Shown here piece by piece: positions 20,104 to 31,081 of a DNA stretch of 64,000 nucleotides. Made by a program: the position numbers and the translations under genes. A model generated the notes under the pieces. It did not search any database. It saw nothing but the letters and a program-made list of their open reading frames with translations, and had not been told where the DNA came from. The first letter of the stretch is position 1, and each line of letters opens with the position of its first letter. This DNA is from Escherichia coli (GTDB lineage: Bacteria > Pseudomonadota > Gammaproteobacteria > Enterobacterales > Enterobacteriaceae), in the NCBI RefSeq assembly GCF_003790525.1, contig NZ_CP033635.1; one strand, 5' to 3'.

Positions 20104-21150
20104 ATGGAGTTTTTCAAAAAGACGGCACTTGCCGCACTGGTTATGGGTTTTAGTGGTGCAGCATTGGCATTACCCAATATCACCATTTTAGCAACCGGCG
20201 GGACCATTGCCGGTGGTGGTGACTCCGCAACCAAATCTAACTACACAGCGGGTAAAGTTGGCGTAGAAAATCTGGTTAATGCGGTGCCGCAACTGAAGGA
20301 CATTGCGAACGTTAAAGGCGAGCAGGTAGTGAATATTGGCTCCCAGGACATGAACGATGATGTCTGGCTGACACTGGCGAAAAAAATTAACACCGACTGC
20401 GATAAAACCGACGGCTTCGTCATTAACCACGGTACCGACACGATGGAAGAAACCGCTTACTTCCTCGACCTGACGGTGAAATGCGACAAACCGGTGGTGA
20501 TGGTCGGCGCAATGCGCCCGTCCACGTCCATGAGCGCAGACGGTCCATTCAACCTGTATAACGCGGTAGTGACCGCAGCTGATAAAGCCTCCGCTAATCG
20601 TGGCGTGCTGGTGGTGATGAACGACACCGTACTGGACGGTCGCGATGTCACCAAAACCAACACCACCGACGTAGCGACCTTCAAGTCTGTTAACTACGGT
20701 CCTCTGGGATACATTCACAACGGTAAGATTGACTACCAACGTACCCCGGCACGTAAGCACACCAGCGATACGCCATTCGATGTCTCTAAGCTGAATGAGC
20801 TGCCGAAAGTCGGCATCGTTTATAACTACGCTAACGCATCCGATCTTCCGGCTAAAGCACTGGTAGATGCGGGCTATGATGGCATCGTTAGCGCTGGTGT
20901 GGGTAATGGTAACCTGTATAAATCCGTGTTCGACACCCTGGCAACCGCTGCGAAAAACGGCACTGCAGTCGTGCGTTCTTCCCGCGTACCGACGGGCGCT
21001 ACCACTCAGGATGCTGAAGTGGATGATGCAAAATACGGCTTCGTCGCCTCTGGCACGCTGAACCCGCAAAAAGCGCGCGTTCTGCTGCAACTGGCTCTGA
21101 CGCAAACCAAAGATCCGCAGCAGATCCAGCAGATCTTCAATCAGTACTAA
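20104..21150 (+). CDS. ansB: L-asparaginase II (periplasmic)
   Basis: 348 aa; signal peptide; conserved TGGTIAG motif. Confidence 0.95.
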   Translation: MEFFKKTALAALVMGFSGAALALPNITILATGGTIAGGGDSATKSNYTAGKVGVENLVNAVPQLKDIANVKGEQVVNIGSQDMNDDVWLTLAKKINTDCDKTDGFVINHGTDTMEETAYFLDLTVKCDKPVVMVGAMRPSTSMSADGPFNLYNAVVTAADKASANRGVLVVMNDTVLDGRDVTKTNTTDVATFKSVNYGPLGYIHNGKIDYQRTPARKHTSDTPFDVSKLNELPKVGIVYNYANASDLPAKALVDAGYDGIVSAGVGNGNLYKSVFDTLATAAKNGTAVVRSSRVPTGATTQDAEVDDAKYGFVASGTLNPQKARVLLQLALTQTKDPQQIQQIFNQY

Positions 21151-21157
21151 TCACCTC

Positions 21158-21183
21158 GCCCCGGTATCGTGCCGGGGCTTTTT
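21158..21183 (+). terminator. Rho-independent terminator after ansB
   Basis: Stem GCCCCGG / CCGGGGC followed by TTTTT. Confidence 0.75.
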
Positions 21184-21266
21184 CACTTCAGACTTACGTC
21201 CATTGCCAATTTTCATTACCCTGATGATAATCACCGAAATAAATTATTCCGCGCGAGGGTTTTCGG

Positions 21267-22274
21267 GTGAAAAAGCAATGGATTGTTGGCACGGCGCTGC
21301 TTATGTTGATGACTGGTAATGTCTGGGCAGATGGCGAACCGCCAACTAAAAATATCTTAAAAGATCAATTCAAAAAGCAGTATCACGGCATTCTCAAGCT
21401 TGATGCCATCACCTTAAAAAATCTTGATGCTAAGGGTAATCAGGCCACCTGGTCAGCGGAAGGCGATGTCTCTTCCAGTGACGATCTCTATACCTGGGTC
21501 GGTCAGTTGGCAGATTACGAACTGCTCGAACAGACCTGGACGAAAGATAAACCGGTAAAATTCTCGGCGATGTTAACCAGTAAAGGAACGCCCGCGTCTG
21601 GCTGGTCGGTGAACTTTTACTCTTTTCAGGCGGCAGCCAGCGATCGTGGGCGGGTGGTCGACGATATCAAAACGAATAATAAATATCTGATCGTGAATAG
21701 CGAAGATTTCAATTATCGCTTTAGTCAGCTTGAGACTGCGTTGAATACCCAGAAGAACTCGATTCCTGCGCTGGAAAAGGAAGTTAAAGCGCTTGATAAG
21801 CAAATGGTGGCGGCGCAGAAAGCAGCGGATGCATATTGGGGAAAAGATGCAAATGGTAAGCAAATGACCCGCGAAGACGCCTTTAAAAAAATTCACCAAC
21901 AGCGTGATGAGTTTAATAAACAGAACGATAGCGAGGCGTTCGCGGTTAAATATGACAAAGAGGTTTATCAACCGGCGATTGCGGCATGTCATAAACAGAG
22001 TGAAGAGTGTTATGAAGTGCCGATTCAGCAGAAACGAGATTTCGATATCAACGAACAACGGCGACAGACTTTTCTGCAATCACAAAAACTTAGCCGTAAA
22101 TTGCAGGATGACTGGATAACGCTCGAAAAAGGGCAATATCCGTTAACGATGAAAGTTTCAGAAATAAACAGTAAAAAAGTCGCGATTTTGATGAAAATTG
22201 ACGATATCAACCAGGCTAATGAACGCTGGAAAAAAGATACCGAACAACTGCGGCGCAATGGGGTGATTAAGTAA
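21267..22274 (+). CDS. yggM: DUF1202 periplasmic protein YggM
   Basis: 335 aa with signal peptide; K-12 neighbour of ansB. Confidence 0.85.
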   Translation: MKKQWIVGTALLMLMTGNVWADGEPPTKNILKDQFKKQYHGILKLDAITLKNLDAKGNQATWSAEGDVSSSDDLYTWVGQLADYELLEQTWTKDKPVKFSAMLTSKGTPASGWSVNFYSFQAAASDRGRVVDDIKTNNKYLIVNSEDFNYRFSQLETALNTQKNSIPALEKEVKALDKQMVAAQKAADAYWGKDANGKQMTREDAFKKIHQQRDEFNKQNDSEAFAVKYDKEVYQPAIAACHKQSEECYEVPIQQKRDFDINEQRRQTFLQSQKLSRKLQDDWITLEKGQYPLTMKVSEINSKKVAILMKIDDINQANERWKKDTEQLRRNGVIK

Positions 22275-22329
22275 CTCATGTTAAGTGCCTTTGCCGGATA
22301 ATATAAAAAGTTATCCGGCAAATTATTTT

Positions 22330-23631
22330 TTACATTAGCCCTAGTAGCTGTGGAATGAACAAGGATATTTGCGGGATGTAAGTGATCATCATCAACGCGA
22401 TTAACAATGCGGCATAAAATGGCAGCAATGGTTTGATCAAATGTTGAATCTTCACACCTGAAATAGAACAACCAACAAATAGCGCACTACCCACCGGCGG
22501 TGTTAACAGCCCAATACAAAGGTTAGCCACCATCATAATACCGAAATGTACCGGATCCATTCCCAGCTCTTGTGCAATCGGCAAGAAGATTGGTGTGAAG
22601 ATTAGTACAGCTGGTGTCATGTCCATAAAGATGCCGACAATTAATAAGACGATATTAATCAGCAGCAATATGACCAGTGGGTTATCAGAAATCCCCATCA
22701 ACGCGTCGCTGATCATATAAGGAATATCAGCATTGGTCATTGCCCAGGACATGCCCACGGAAAAACCGATCAACAGTAATACAATCGAAGTGGTAACAAC
22801 TGATTCCAGAATCAGTTTGGGTAAATCGCGCCATTTTACTTCCCGGTAAATCAGCACCGAGAGAATAAATGTGTAGACAACGGCAATCGCAGACGCTTCA
22901 GTTGCGGTAAAAATGCCGCCCAGAATGCCGCCCATCACAATGAACACCAGAAGCAAACTTGGTAAGGCATCCAGAAACGCTTTACAGGCCTGAGCGAAGG
23001 TTGCTCTTTCTGAAAGCGGGTAGCCACGGCGTTTAGCAATAATGCCGCAGACTATCATTACCGCGAGACCCATTAAGATCCCTGGCAAATATCCCGCCAT
23101 AAATAATGATGCTACAGAAACGCCGCCAGCTGTCAGGGAAAACACAATTAACACGTTTGAGGGCGGTATCAGTAATCCAGTAATACAAGATGAGACGTTT
23201 ACAGCGGTAGAAAATGCCGGATCATAACCTTCTTTGGTCTGAATGGGATTCAGTGTGCCACCAACGGCAGCAGCTGCCGCAACGGCTGAACCAGAAATGG
23301 AACCAAACATCATATTCGCCAGGACGTTCACATGACCAAGCGAACCAGGAACGCGGCCAACCATTACCTGGGCGAGGTTAATCAAGCGTATCGCAATACC
23401 GCCGCTGTTCATCAGCGTTCCGGCAAAGATGAAAAAGGGGATTGCCAATAGGGCAAAGTTATCCAGTCCATTAGCCAGTCGCTGCGAAACAGTGATTGCC
23501 GCGATATCCCAGGGAAACATCAAAAGCATTGAAGCTACAGTGGCAATACCGATTGAGAACGAAATGGGCACACCAATAAAGACCAGCACAAAAAAACAGC
23601 CAAATAGTGTAAGCGCGATATAACTATCCAT
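22330..23631 (-). CDS. TRAP transporter large permease (DctM family)
   Basis: 433-aa polytopic membrane ORF; forms operon with DctQ/DctP-like genes. Confidence 0.8.
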   Translation of the reverse strand: MDSYIALTLFGCFFVLVFIGVPISFSIGIATVASMLLMFPWDIAAITVSQRLANGLDNFALLAIPFFIFAGTLMNSGGIAIRLINLAQVMVGRVPGSLGHVNVLANMMFGSISGSAVAAAAAVGGTLNPIQTKEGYDPAFSTAVNVSSCITGLLIPPSNVLIVFSLTAGGVSVASLFMAGYLPGILMGLAVMIVCGIIAKRRGYPLSERATFAQACKAFLDALPSLLLVFIVMGGILGGIFTATEASAIAVVYTFILSVLIYREVKWRDLPKLILESVVTTSIVLLLIGFSVGMSWAMTNADIPYMISDALMGISDNPLVILLLINIVLLIVGIFMDMTPAVLIFTPIFLPIAQELGMDPVHFGIMMVANLCIGLLTPPVGSALFVGCSISGVKIQHLIKPLLPFYAALLIALMMITYIPQISLFIPQLLGLM

Positions 23632-24143
23632 TAACTGGCCTCCTGCGCAGGTTGTTTCAGTTGTTGAATGCTTTGATTAATAAAACACAAGGCATAAAAC
23701 ATCATCACCACTCCACTTAATGGCAGAATGATATATACGTATCCCATCGGTATTTGCATAGCGGCAGATACTTGTGATGTTGCCAGCGTTTTATCAATTA
23801 ATTTCAGGCCACCAGTCACAATGACCGAACCGGCAAAACCTAAAATGAGAATGTTAATGACTATACTAAGAAGTAATTGCTTGCGCTTATTCAGGGCGAG
23901 AGCAAATAAATCGATAGAGAGATGTCTCTGCGCGCCGACGGTATATGCAGCACCTAATAATCCTACCCAGATCATCAAAAAGCGTGCCAGCTCATCGGTT
24001 AATGTACTTGGCTGGTTAAGTACGTAGCGGCTAAATACTTGCCAGACTACGCATACAACCAGAGCAAGCATGACGGCGACAGAAAACGCGGCAATGACGC
24101 GGTCTACCGCAAGTTTCAGGCGGTTAAATATCATTGTAAGCAT
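23631..24143 (-). CDS. TRAP transporter small permease (DctQ family)
   Basis: 170 aa, four hydrophobic segments; start overlaps the DctM ATG. Confidence 0.75.
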   Translation of the reverse strand: MLTMIFNRLKLAVDRVIAAFSVAVMLALVVCVVWQVFSRYVLNQPSTLTDELARFLMIWVGLLGAAYTVGAQRHLSIDLFALALNKRKQLLLSIVINILILGFAGSVIVTGGLKLIDKTLATSQVSAAMQIPMGYVYIILPLSGVVMMFYALCFINQSIQQLKQPAQEAS

Positions 24144-24178
24144 CCTGGAAAATCAGGGCCAGAGACTGGCCCGAAATA

Positions 24179-25165
24179 TTATTGAGCAGCGTTATCGAAT
24201 TTCTCTAACAAAGCAGCTTGTTTTGGATCTTTTTTGAAGTCGTCAAACAGAGGTTGAACTGCGGCACGGAATGGGGCTTTATCAACCTTAACGATTTCAC
24301 CACCCATAGCTTTCGCCTGAGCACGTGTGTCAGCGTCAATTTTTTCCCACAATTTTTGTTGATAAGCTTCGGATTTCTTCGCCGCTGTTTCGAGGATTTG
24401 TTGCTGTTCTGGGGTTAATTTATTCCATGTTTTGGTGGAGATAACCAAAAAGTCAGGAATTGAGGCGTGTTCATCTTCAGAAAAGACTTTGGCAATTTCG
24501 ATATGTCGAGTCTGCACCCAGGAAGGTACATTATTTTCTGCTCCATCCACTACGCCTTGTTGCATCGCAGTATAAACTTCGCCAAATGAAATTGGAGTGG
24601 GTGAGCCACCCATCAGTTCAATCATTTTGATGGTGGTCGGGCTTGGCTGAACACGAATTTTCAGCCCTTTAAGATCTTCTGGCTTAGTAATCGGTTTTTT
24701 CGCATAGAAACTGCGTGTACCCGCTACATAAGCTGATAAAGCAAAAAAGCCTTTGTCTTTTGTTGAGTCCATAATTTCTTTACCAACTTCACCAAAAACC
24801 ACTTTGTTGAAGTGCACCTGATCTTTAAATAAGAACGGCAAATTATAGATAGCATAAATATTATCAAAAGACTCCAGATCACTGGCGGAACCTTTGGTCA
24901 TATCCAGTGCGCCATTTTGCAACAATTCCATAGTTTCTCGCGCATTACCCATCTGGCTGCTGGGATAAATACGGATCACCATATTACCTTTTGACAGCTG
25001 TTTTACCTCTTTCGCCAGCTCTTCAAAACTCTGATGTACAACATGACTTCTTTCCAGGTTGTGTGCTAACTTTAACGTCACTTTTTCTGCGGCGTTTACG
25101 CCAGTGCTAACCAGAGCCAGCAAGGATGCGCAGACTAATGAGCGGGTAAATGACCTCATTTTCAT
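24179..25165 (-). CDS. TRAP transporter substrate-binding protein (DctP/SiaP-like)
   Basis: 328 aa with signal peptide; motifs YPSSQMG, AGTR (carboxylate-binding Arg) and GSPTPISFGEVY resemble SiaP-type binding proteins. Confidence 0.8.
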   Translation of the reverse strand: MKMRSFTRSLVCASLLALVSTGVNAAEKVTLKLAHNLERSHVVHQSFEELAKEVKQLSKGNMVIRIYPSSQMGNARETMELLQNGALDMTKGSASDLESFDNIYAIYNLPFLFKDQVHFNKVVFGEVGKEIMDSTKDKGFFALSAYVAGTRSFYAKKPITKPEDLKGLKIRVQPSPTTIKMIELMGGSPTPISFGEVYTAMQQGVVDGAENNVPSWVQTRHIEIAKVFSEDEHASIPDFLVISTKTWNKLTPEQQQILETAAKKSEAYQQKLWEKIDADTRAQAKAMGGEIVKVDKAPFRAAVQPLFDDFKKDPKQAALLEKFDNAAQ

Positions 25166-25376
25166 AAAAAAACTCCCTGTTGAAGGATGGAAATTGGTTG
25201 ATATCTAATTGTGCTTATCAGTGCTTTGTGCGACAAATTGGTTAACCTGTCTGACAACTTGTCTATGTTTATCACAACTTGAAATAAAGTCAGAAATTAA
25301 ATATTAAATTTGTGCGCCAGGTTGTACATGTTTATAATCAATAAATGATGAGTAAATATTCACTAAATATATATAA

Positions 25377-25395
25377 TAAATATCGTCGATATTTA
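25377..25395. promoter_or_regulatory. 19-bp palindrome in TRAP operon upstream region (candidate operator)
   Basis: TAAATATCG-T-CGATATTTA, perfect palindrome about a central base, in the AT-rich 312-bp region upstream of the DctP-like gene. Confidence 0.4.
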
Positions 25396-25477
25396 TTCAG
25401 TAAGAAATATATTTTTGCCGAAGTTAATTAACGGGGGGTAAAAGAAGTGATTAATGCGCCCGCAGGCGCATTAATGA

Positions 25478-26614
25478 TTACTCAGCGAGGAATAATTCAA
25501 GAAGTGAGTTTAAGAATAATTTACCATGTTCCGTTATCTGCCAGTAATCCGCACATTCTGTGAGATAACCCTGAGCGATGGCCTCGTCTAACTGAGAGCG
25601 AATAACTTCTTCAGAAAGGCCAGTATACTGGCTAAACTCCACGCGCGGCGCGGCTTCCAGCAGACGGAAGCGATTCATAAAGAACTCAAACGGCTTATCT
25701 GCGGCTTCGACATCACGCTGGCTTTCCAGATATCTTCCCTGCATAAAACCACGCGGATGACGCGTTTTGGTGGTACGCAGAATGCGCCCATCCGGGAAGG
25801 TCACTTTGCCGTGCGCGCCGCAGCCAATACCGATGTAGTCGCCAAAACGCCAGTAGTTGAGATTGTGCTGGCACTGATAACCTGGTTTGGCGTAAGCGGA
25901 TGTTTCATACTGCTGATAGCCCGCTGCGGTTAATAACTGATGCCCCTGTTCGAATATATCCCACAACGCATCGTCGTCCGGCAGCACCGGCGGGCGAGAG
26001 CCAAACAGCGTATTGGGTTCGATGGTCAGTTGATACCAGGAAAGATGCGGCGGATTCAGTTCAATAGCCTGGCGCAGATCGCCTAGCGCCTCTTCCAGTG
26101 ATTGATCCGGCAGCCCATGCATCAAATCAAGGTTAAAGCTACGTAACCCTAAACCGCTCGCCAGCTTCGCAGCTCGTTTCGCTTCTTGCGGGCCATGAAT
26201 GCGCCCAAGTCGTTTCAGCTTTTCTTCGCTAAAACTTTGCACACCAATAGAGATGCGGTTCACACCAGCACGCTGATAATCGACAAAGCGATCGGCTTCT
26301 ACCGTACCAGGGTTCGCTTCCATAGTAATTTCTGCATCCGCTGCCAGCGGCAAACGCGCACGCACGCCGTCCAGCAGCGTTTGCATCGCCGGGCCGGAAA
26401 GCAGGCTCGGCGTACCACCGCCAATAAAGATTGTCTTTACTTCACGGCTCTGAGCGTAAGCCACATCGTTGTCCAGATCGCTAAGCAGATGCTGAACATA
26501 ATCGTCGTGCGGCACTTCTCCTTTCAACGCGTGAGAGTTGAAATCGCAGTACGGGCATTTCTGCACGCACCACGGGATGTGAATGTAGAGACTCAGCGGC
26601 GGTAATTTAACCAT
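25478..26614 (-). CDS. hemW: Heme chaperone HemW (radical SAM family)
   Basis: 378 aa; CxxxCxxC (CVQKCPYC) radical-SAM motif. Confidence 0.9.
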
Positions 26615-27200
26615 TACGTAAAGCGTCCAGCAGCAGTTTCAATGCCTGACCACGGTGGGAAATGGCGCTCTTTTCTTCGCGGGTCAGTTCGGCAGCGGTT
26701 TTCCCTTCGGAAGGTACGAAGAAGATTGGATCATAACCAAAGCCACCAGTGCCCGCTGGTTCACGAGTAATCACGCCTGGCCAGCTACCGTGGCATACCA
26801 GCGGAGTGGGATCTTCCGCGTGACGCAGATATACCAGCACGCAGTGGAAACGCGCCTGACGTTGGTCATCCGGTACGTCTTTCATCGTTTCCAGCAGTTT
26901 TTGCAGATTCTTTTGATCGGTCGCGTCTTCACCGGAATAACGCGCGGAGTAAATACCCGGCGCGCCACCCAGCGCATCTACCGCCAGACCGGAGTCGTCG
27001 GCAATTGCCGGTAAACCGGTCACTTTTGCCGCATGGCGCGCTTTCAGAATCGCGTTTTCAATAAAGGTCAGGCCGGTTTCTTCAGCGGAATCTACGCCGA
27101 GGTCTGTTTGGGCCACGATATCAAGACCGAAGTCGCTAAGCAGCGACGCCAGCTCACGCACTTTACCGGCATTGCCGGTTGCGAGGACAACTTTTTGCAT
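26607..27200 (-). CDS. rdgB: dITP/XTP pyrophosphatase
   Basis: 197 aa; Ham1-family sequence. Confidence 0.9.
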
Positions 27201-27207
27201 AGGATAC

Positions 27208-27510
27208 CTAATTAATTAACGCCGCGATTTCTGGCGGGATTTGTTGCGGATTAATGATTTTAATTTGTTTGTGGCGGCCAAGTTCGCCTTTTTCAATCAC
27301 CACCTGGCTTTTGGCAACCCGGAATTGCTTACCGAGAAACTTCACCAGATGGCTGTTGGCCTGGCCGTCAACCGGCGGCGCGGTAATGGCGACTTTTACC
27401 TCGTCGCCATGTAAACCGACAATAGAATCACGGCTGGCTTTCGGCTGAATATAGAGCCGTAAAACCAGACCGTCATCATTAACTGTTACGGCACTCATAA
27501 CGCCATCCAC
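27208..27510 (-). CDS. yggU: DUF167 protein YggU
   Basis: About 96-100 aa ORF in conserved position. Confidence 0.8.
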
Positions 27511-28061
27511 AGCCCCGGCAGCAGCATGTTTCCGGTTGCCTGTAATACTTCTGCGACACCCATATTGATGACATACAGCAGCAGAACGAGGATCATCGGC
27601 GAGAAATCAATCCCACCCATTGCCGGTAGCAGGCGGCGAATCGGGCGCAGCAGCGGATCGGCCAGCTGAATCAGCACGTATTCAATCGGACTACGACCCT
27701 GGCTTACCCAGCTCATAATCGCCATCACCAGCAGGACCCAGAAAATCAGCAGGCCGATGGTTTTCAGCAGAATCAATAAACCGGCAATCCAAATGATTGG
27801 CAGGAAGGTCACCACTTTAAACAGCACGATGGCTTTGATAAAACTGAGAATATAGGCAACCAGCAGCGAGGCGCTGTCAATCGGTCCCATTGCCGGAATA
27901 ACGCGGCGCAGTGGTCCGATAATCGGCTGCGTCACCTTCACCACAAACTGTGAGAAGGGGTTGTAAAAATCACAATGAGCCCACTGCATCCAGATGCGTA
28001 ATAACAGCACCATGGTATACAGCTCAATGACCGTTGAAAGCAGGAAAGTCAACGTATTCAT
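27495..28061 (-). CDS. yggT: YGGT-family membrane protein
   Basis: 188 aa, hydrophobic. Confidence 0.85.
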
Positions 28062-28078
28062 GGCGTTCCTTTAATTCC

Positions 28079-28783
28079 TTATTTTTTAGAGTAATCACGC
28101 GCACCAAAAATTGCAGTGCCGATACGAACCATCGTGCTACCTGCCGCAATAGCGGCTTCCATATCGTCCGACATTCCCAGAGAGAGCGTGTCGATATGCG
28201 GGTAGCGCGTTTTCAGTCCGGCAAATGCTACAGCCATTTGGCGTGCAACTTCAAACTGCCTTACATATTCTGACTCAGGCGCAGGGATTGCCATCAGCCC
28301 GCGCAGACGTAAACGCGGTAGTTCAGCGACCGCAGCTGCCAGCTCGTCCAGTTCTGCCAGTTGAATCCCGGACTTACTGTTTTCATCACTAATATTAATT
28401 TGAATCAGTACGTCAAGAGGGGGAAGTTCTGCCGGGCGCTGATCGTTGAGGCGGGTAGCAATGCGCAAACGGTCGATGGTATGACACCAGTCGAAATGCT
28501 CTGCCACCAGGCGGCTTTTATTAGACTGCAACGGGCCAATAAAATGCCATTCTAATCCTGTTACGCCCAGTTCCTGAAAGTGGCGAATTTTATCTACCCC
28601 TTCCTGAACGTAGTTTTCACCAAATTGACGCTGCCCGGCATCAATGGCTTCTGCGATGGCGCTCGCAGGTTTTGTTTTACTGACTGCAAGCAGCGTAATT
28701 TCTTCTGGAGAACGGCCGCAACGCGTTGCAGCCGCTGAGATTTTGTCCCGGACCTGTGCCAGGTTATGCGCAATATCGTTCAT
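28079..28783 (-). CDS. yggS: PLP homeostasis protein (YggS/PROSC family)
   Basis: 234 aa; alanine-racemase-N-like fold family. Confidence 0.9.
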   Translation of the reverse strand: MNDIAHNLAQVRDKISAAATRCGRSPEEITLLAVSKTKPASAIAEAIDAGQRQFGENYVQEGVDKIRHFQELGVTGLEWHFIGPLQSNKSRLVAEHFDWCHTIDRLRIATRLNDQRPAELPPLDVLIQINISDENSKSGIQLAELDELAAAVAELPRLRLRGLMAIPAPESEYVRQFEVARQMAVAFAGLKTRYPHIDTLSLGMSDDMEAAIAAGSTMVRIGTAIFGARDYSKK

Positions 28784-28800
28784 TTTCCGAGGATCTTAGT

Positions 28801-29781
28801 ATGAATATGGAAGAAATTGTGGCCCTTAGTGTAAAGCATAACGTCTCGGATCTACACCTGTGCAGCGCCTGGCCCGCACGATGGCGTATTCGCGGGCGAA
28901 TGGAAGCTGCGCCGTTTGATGCGCCGGGCGTCGAAGAGCTACTGCGGGAGTGGCTGGATGACGATCAGCGGGCAATATTGCTGGAGAATGGTCAGCTGGA
29001 TTTTGCTGTGTCGCTGGCGGAAAATCAGCGGTTGCGTGGCAGTGCGTTCGCGCAACGGCAAGGTATTTCTCTGGCATTACGGTTGTTACCTTCGCACTGT
29101 CCACAGCTCGAACAGCTTGGTGCGCCACCGGTATTGCCGGAATTACTCAAGAGCGAGAATGGCCTGATTCTGGTGACGGGGGCGACGGGGAGCGGCAAAT
29201 CTACCACGCTGGCGGCGATGGTTGGCTATCTCAATCAACATGCCGATGCGCATATTCTGACGCTGGAAGATCCTGTGGAATATCTCTATGCCAGCCAGCG
29301 ATGTTTGATCCAGCAGCGGGAGATTGGTTTGCACTGTATGACGTTCGCATCGGGATTGCGGGCCGCATTGCGGGAAGATCCCGATGTGATTTTGCTCGGA
29401 GAGCTGCGTGACAGCGAGACAATCCGTCTGGCGCTGACGGCAGCAGAAACCGGACACCTGGTGCTGGCAACTTTACATACGCGTGGTGCGGCGCAGGCAG
29501 TTGAGCGACTGGTGGATTCATTTCCGGCGCAGGAAAAAGATCCCGTACGTAATCAACTGGCGGGTAGTTTACGGGCAGTGCTGTCACAAAAGCTGGAAGT
29601 GGATAAACAGGAAGGACGCGTGGCGCTGTTTGAATTACTGATTAACACTCCCGCGGTGGGGAATTTGATTCGCGAAGGGAAAACCCACCAGTTGCCGCAT
29701 GTTATTCAAACCGGGCAGCAGGTGGGGATGTTAACGTTTCAGCAGAGTTATCAGCAGCGGGTGGGGGAAGGACGTTTGTGA
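28801..29781 (+). CDS. yggR: PilT-like twitching-motility ATPase homologue
   Basis: 326 aa from MNMEEIVALS...; Walker A GATGSGKST. Confidence 0.9.
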   Translation: MNMEEIVALSVKHNVSDLHLCSAWPARWRIRGRMEAAPFDAPGVEELLREWLDDDQRAILLENGQLDFAVSLAENQRLRGSAFAQRQGISLALRLLPSHCPQLEQLGAPPVLPELLKSENGLILVTGATGSGKSTTLAAMVGYLNQHADAHILTLEDPVEYLYASQRCLIQQREIGLHCMTFASGLRAALREDPDVILLGELRDSETIRLALTAAETGHLVLATLHTRGAAQAVERLVDSFPAQEKDPVRNQLAGSLRAVLSQKLEVDKQEGRVALFELLINTPAVGNLIREGKTHQLPHVIQTGQQVGMLTFQQSYQQRVGEGRL

Positions 29782-29811
29782 GGCTAAAGTGATTGATTAG
29801 TTTAGTAAATA

Positions 29812-29950
29812 TGCCTGATGCGCTACGCTTATCAGGCATACAAACGCAGCACCCGGCAATAAACGTCTGATGCGACGCTAACGCGTCTTATCAGACCTAC
29901 AGCCGCTGCCAGATGTGTGCTGGATAAGGCGTTCACGCCGCATCCGGCAA
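29812..29950. repeat. REP/BIME element (three REP units)
   Basis: TGCCTGATGCGCTACGCTTATCAGGCATA, CGTCTGATGCGACGCTAACGCGTCTTATCAGACCTA and GCTGGATAAGGCGTTCACGCCGCATCCGGCA between yggR and ruvX. Confidence 0.8.
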
Positions 29951-29993
29951 GATGGCGGGATGGTACGACTATCCGCCAGGCTTTTAAATCGCC

Positions 29994-30410
29994 TTAATAT
30001 CCCTGCTCGAAATAGCTTTCGAGAATAATAACCGCAGAGGCAGAGTCAACTTTGCCTTTGTTGAGCGCCCGATAGCCGCCCTGTTCAAACAGACCGGAAC
30101 GTGCCTCCACGGTGCTAAGACGCTCGTCATGGAGCTTTACTTCAACACCGAAACGGCCATGAATACGGTTGGCAAATTTACGGGCTCTGGCAGTCAATGG
30201 TTGCTCGGTGCCATCCATATTCAGCGGCAAACCAACGATGATTTCGTCCGGCTGCCACTCTTTCAGTAAACGTTCGATGAGATTCCAGTCCGGCGTACCG
30301 TCCTGTGCTTTAATTGCAGGCAATGGGCGAGCGGTGCCGGTAATGCGTTGGCCGACCGCTACACCAATGCTTTTGGTACCGAAGTCGAAGGCGAGTAAGG
30401 TTCCACTCAT
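29994..30410 (-). CDS. ruvX: Holliday-junction resolvase-like / pre-16S rRNA nuclease
   Basis: 138 aa from [20 protein letters not shown]... Confidence 0.9.
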
Positions 30411-30973
30411 CAGGCGTGTCCTGCCACACCAGGCATGGTGAGAATATCCACACCAATCAGTTTTGCCGCCTCGCGCCAGCGGTCGGCAATCGGCGTTTTG
30501 AACAGAATATTCAGATCTGCCGGGGCCGTTAGCCACGCGTTATCGAGAATTTCTTGTTCCAGTTGACCTTTCTCCCAGGAGGCATAACCCAGAGCCACCA
30601 ATACGTCAGACGGTTGTTTATCGGTGCCGAGCGTTTCCAGCACATCGCGGGAAGTGGTCATCACCGTGTTGTCTGAAATGCGAATGCTGGAAGCAAAATT
30701 GGAGGGCGGAGTATGCAAAATAAACCCGCGATCTTCAGCCAGCGGACCGCCGAGCATAACCGGTTTATCCAGACGGATTGATTCATCACGCGGCTCCGGC
30801 GTGATCTTCAGCTTTTCCAGAATCCCTTCAATTTTGAGATTTTCCAGCGGCTTGTTGACGATGATCCCCATTGCACCATTGGTATTATGTTCGCAAATGT
30901 AGACCACGGAACGACGGAAAATCGGATCCTGGAGAGCAGGCATGGCAATAAGAAAGTGATGCTGTAAATTCAT
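30410..30973 (-). CDS. yqgE: UPF0301 protein YqgE
   Basis: 187 aa from [17 protein letters not shown]... Confidence 0.9.
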
Positions 30974-31081
30974 TGTCAGAGGTTCTGTTTCCTGGTTCAA
31001 AAAAGCAACAGCGCCCAGTATGCGTGGAAAGAAGGGCGCTGTCACTCAGAGTCTCAACGAGATCCTTCTCGCTAAGGTGGG

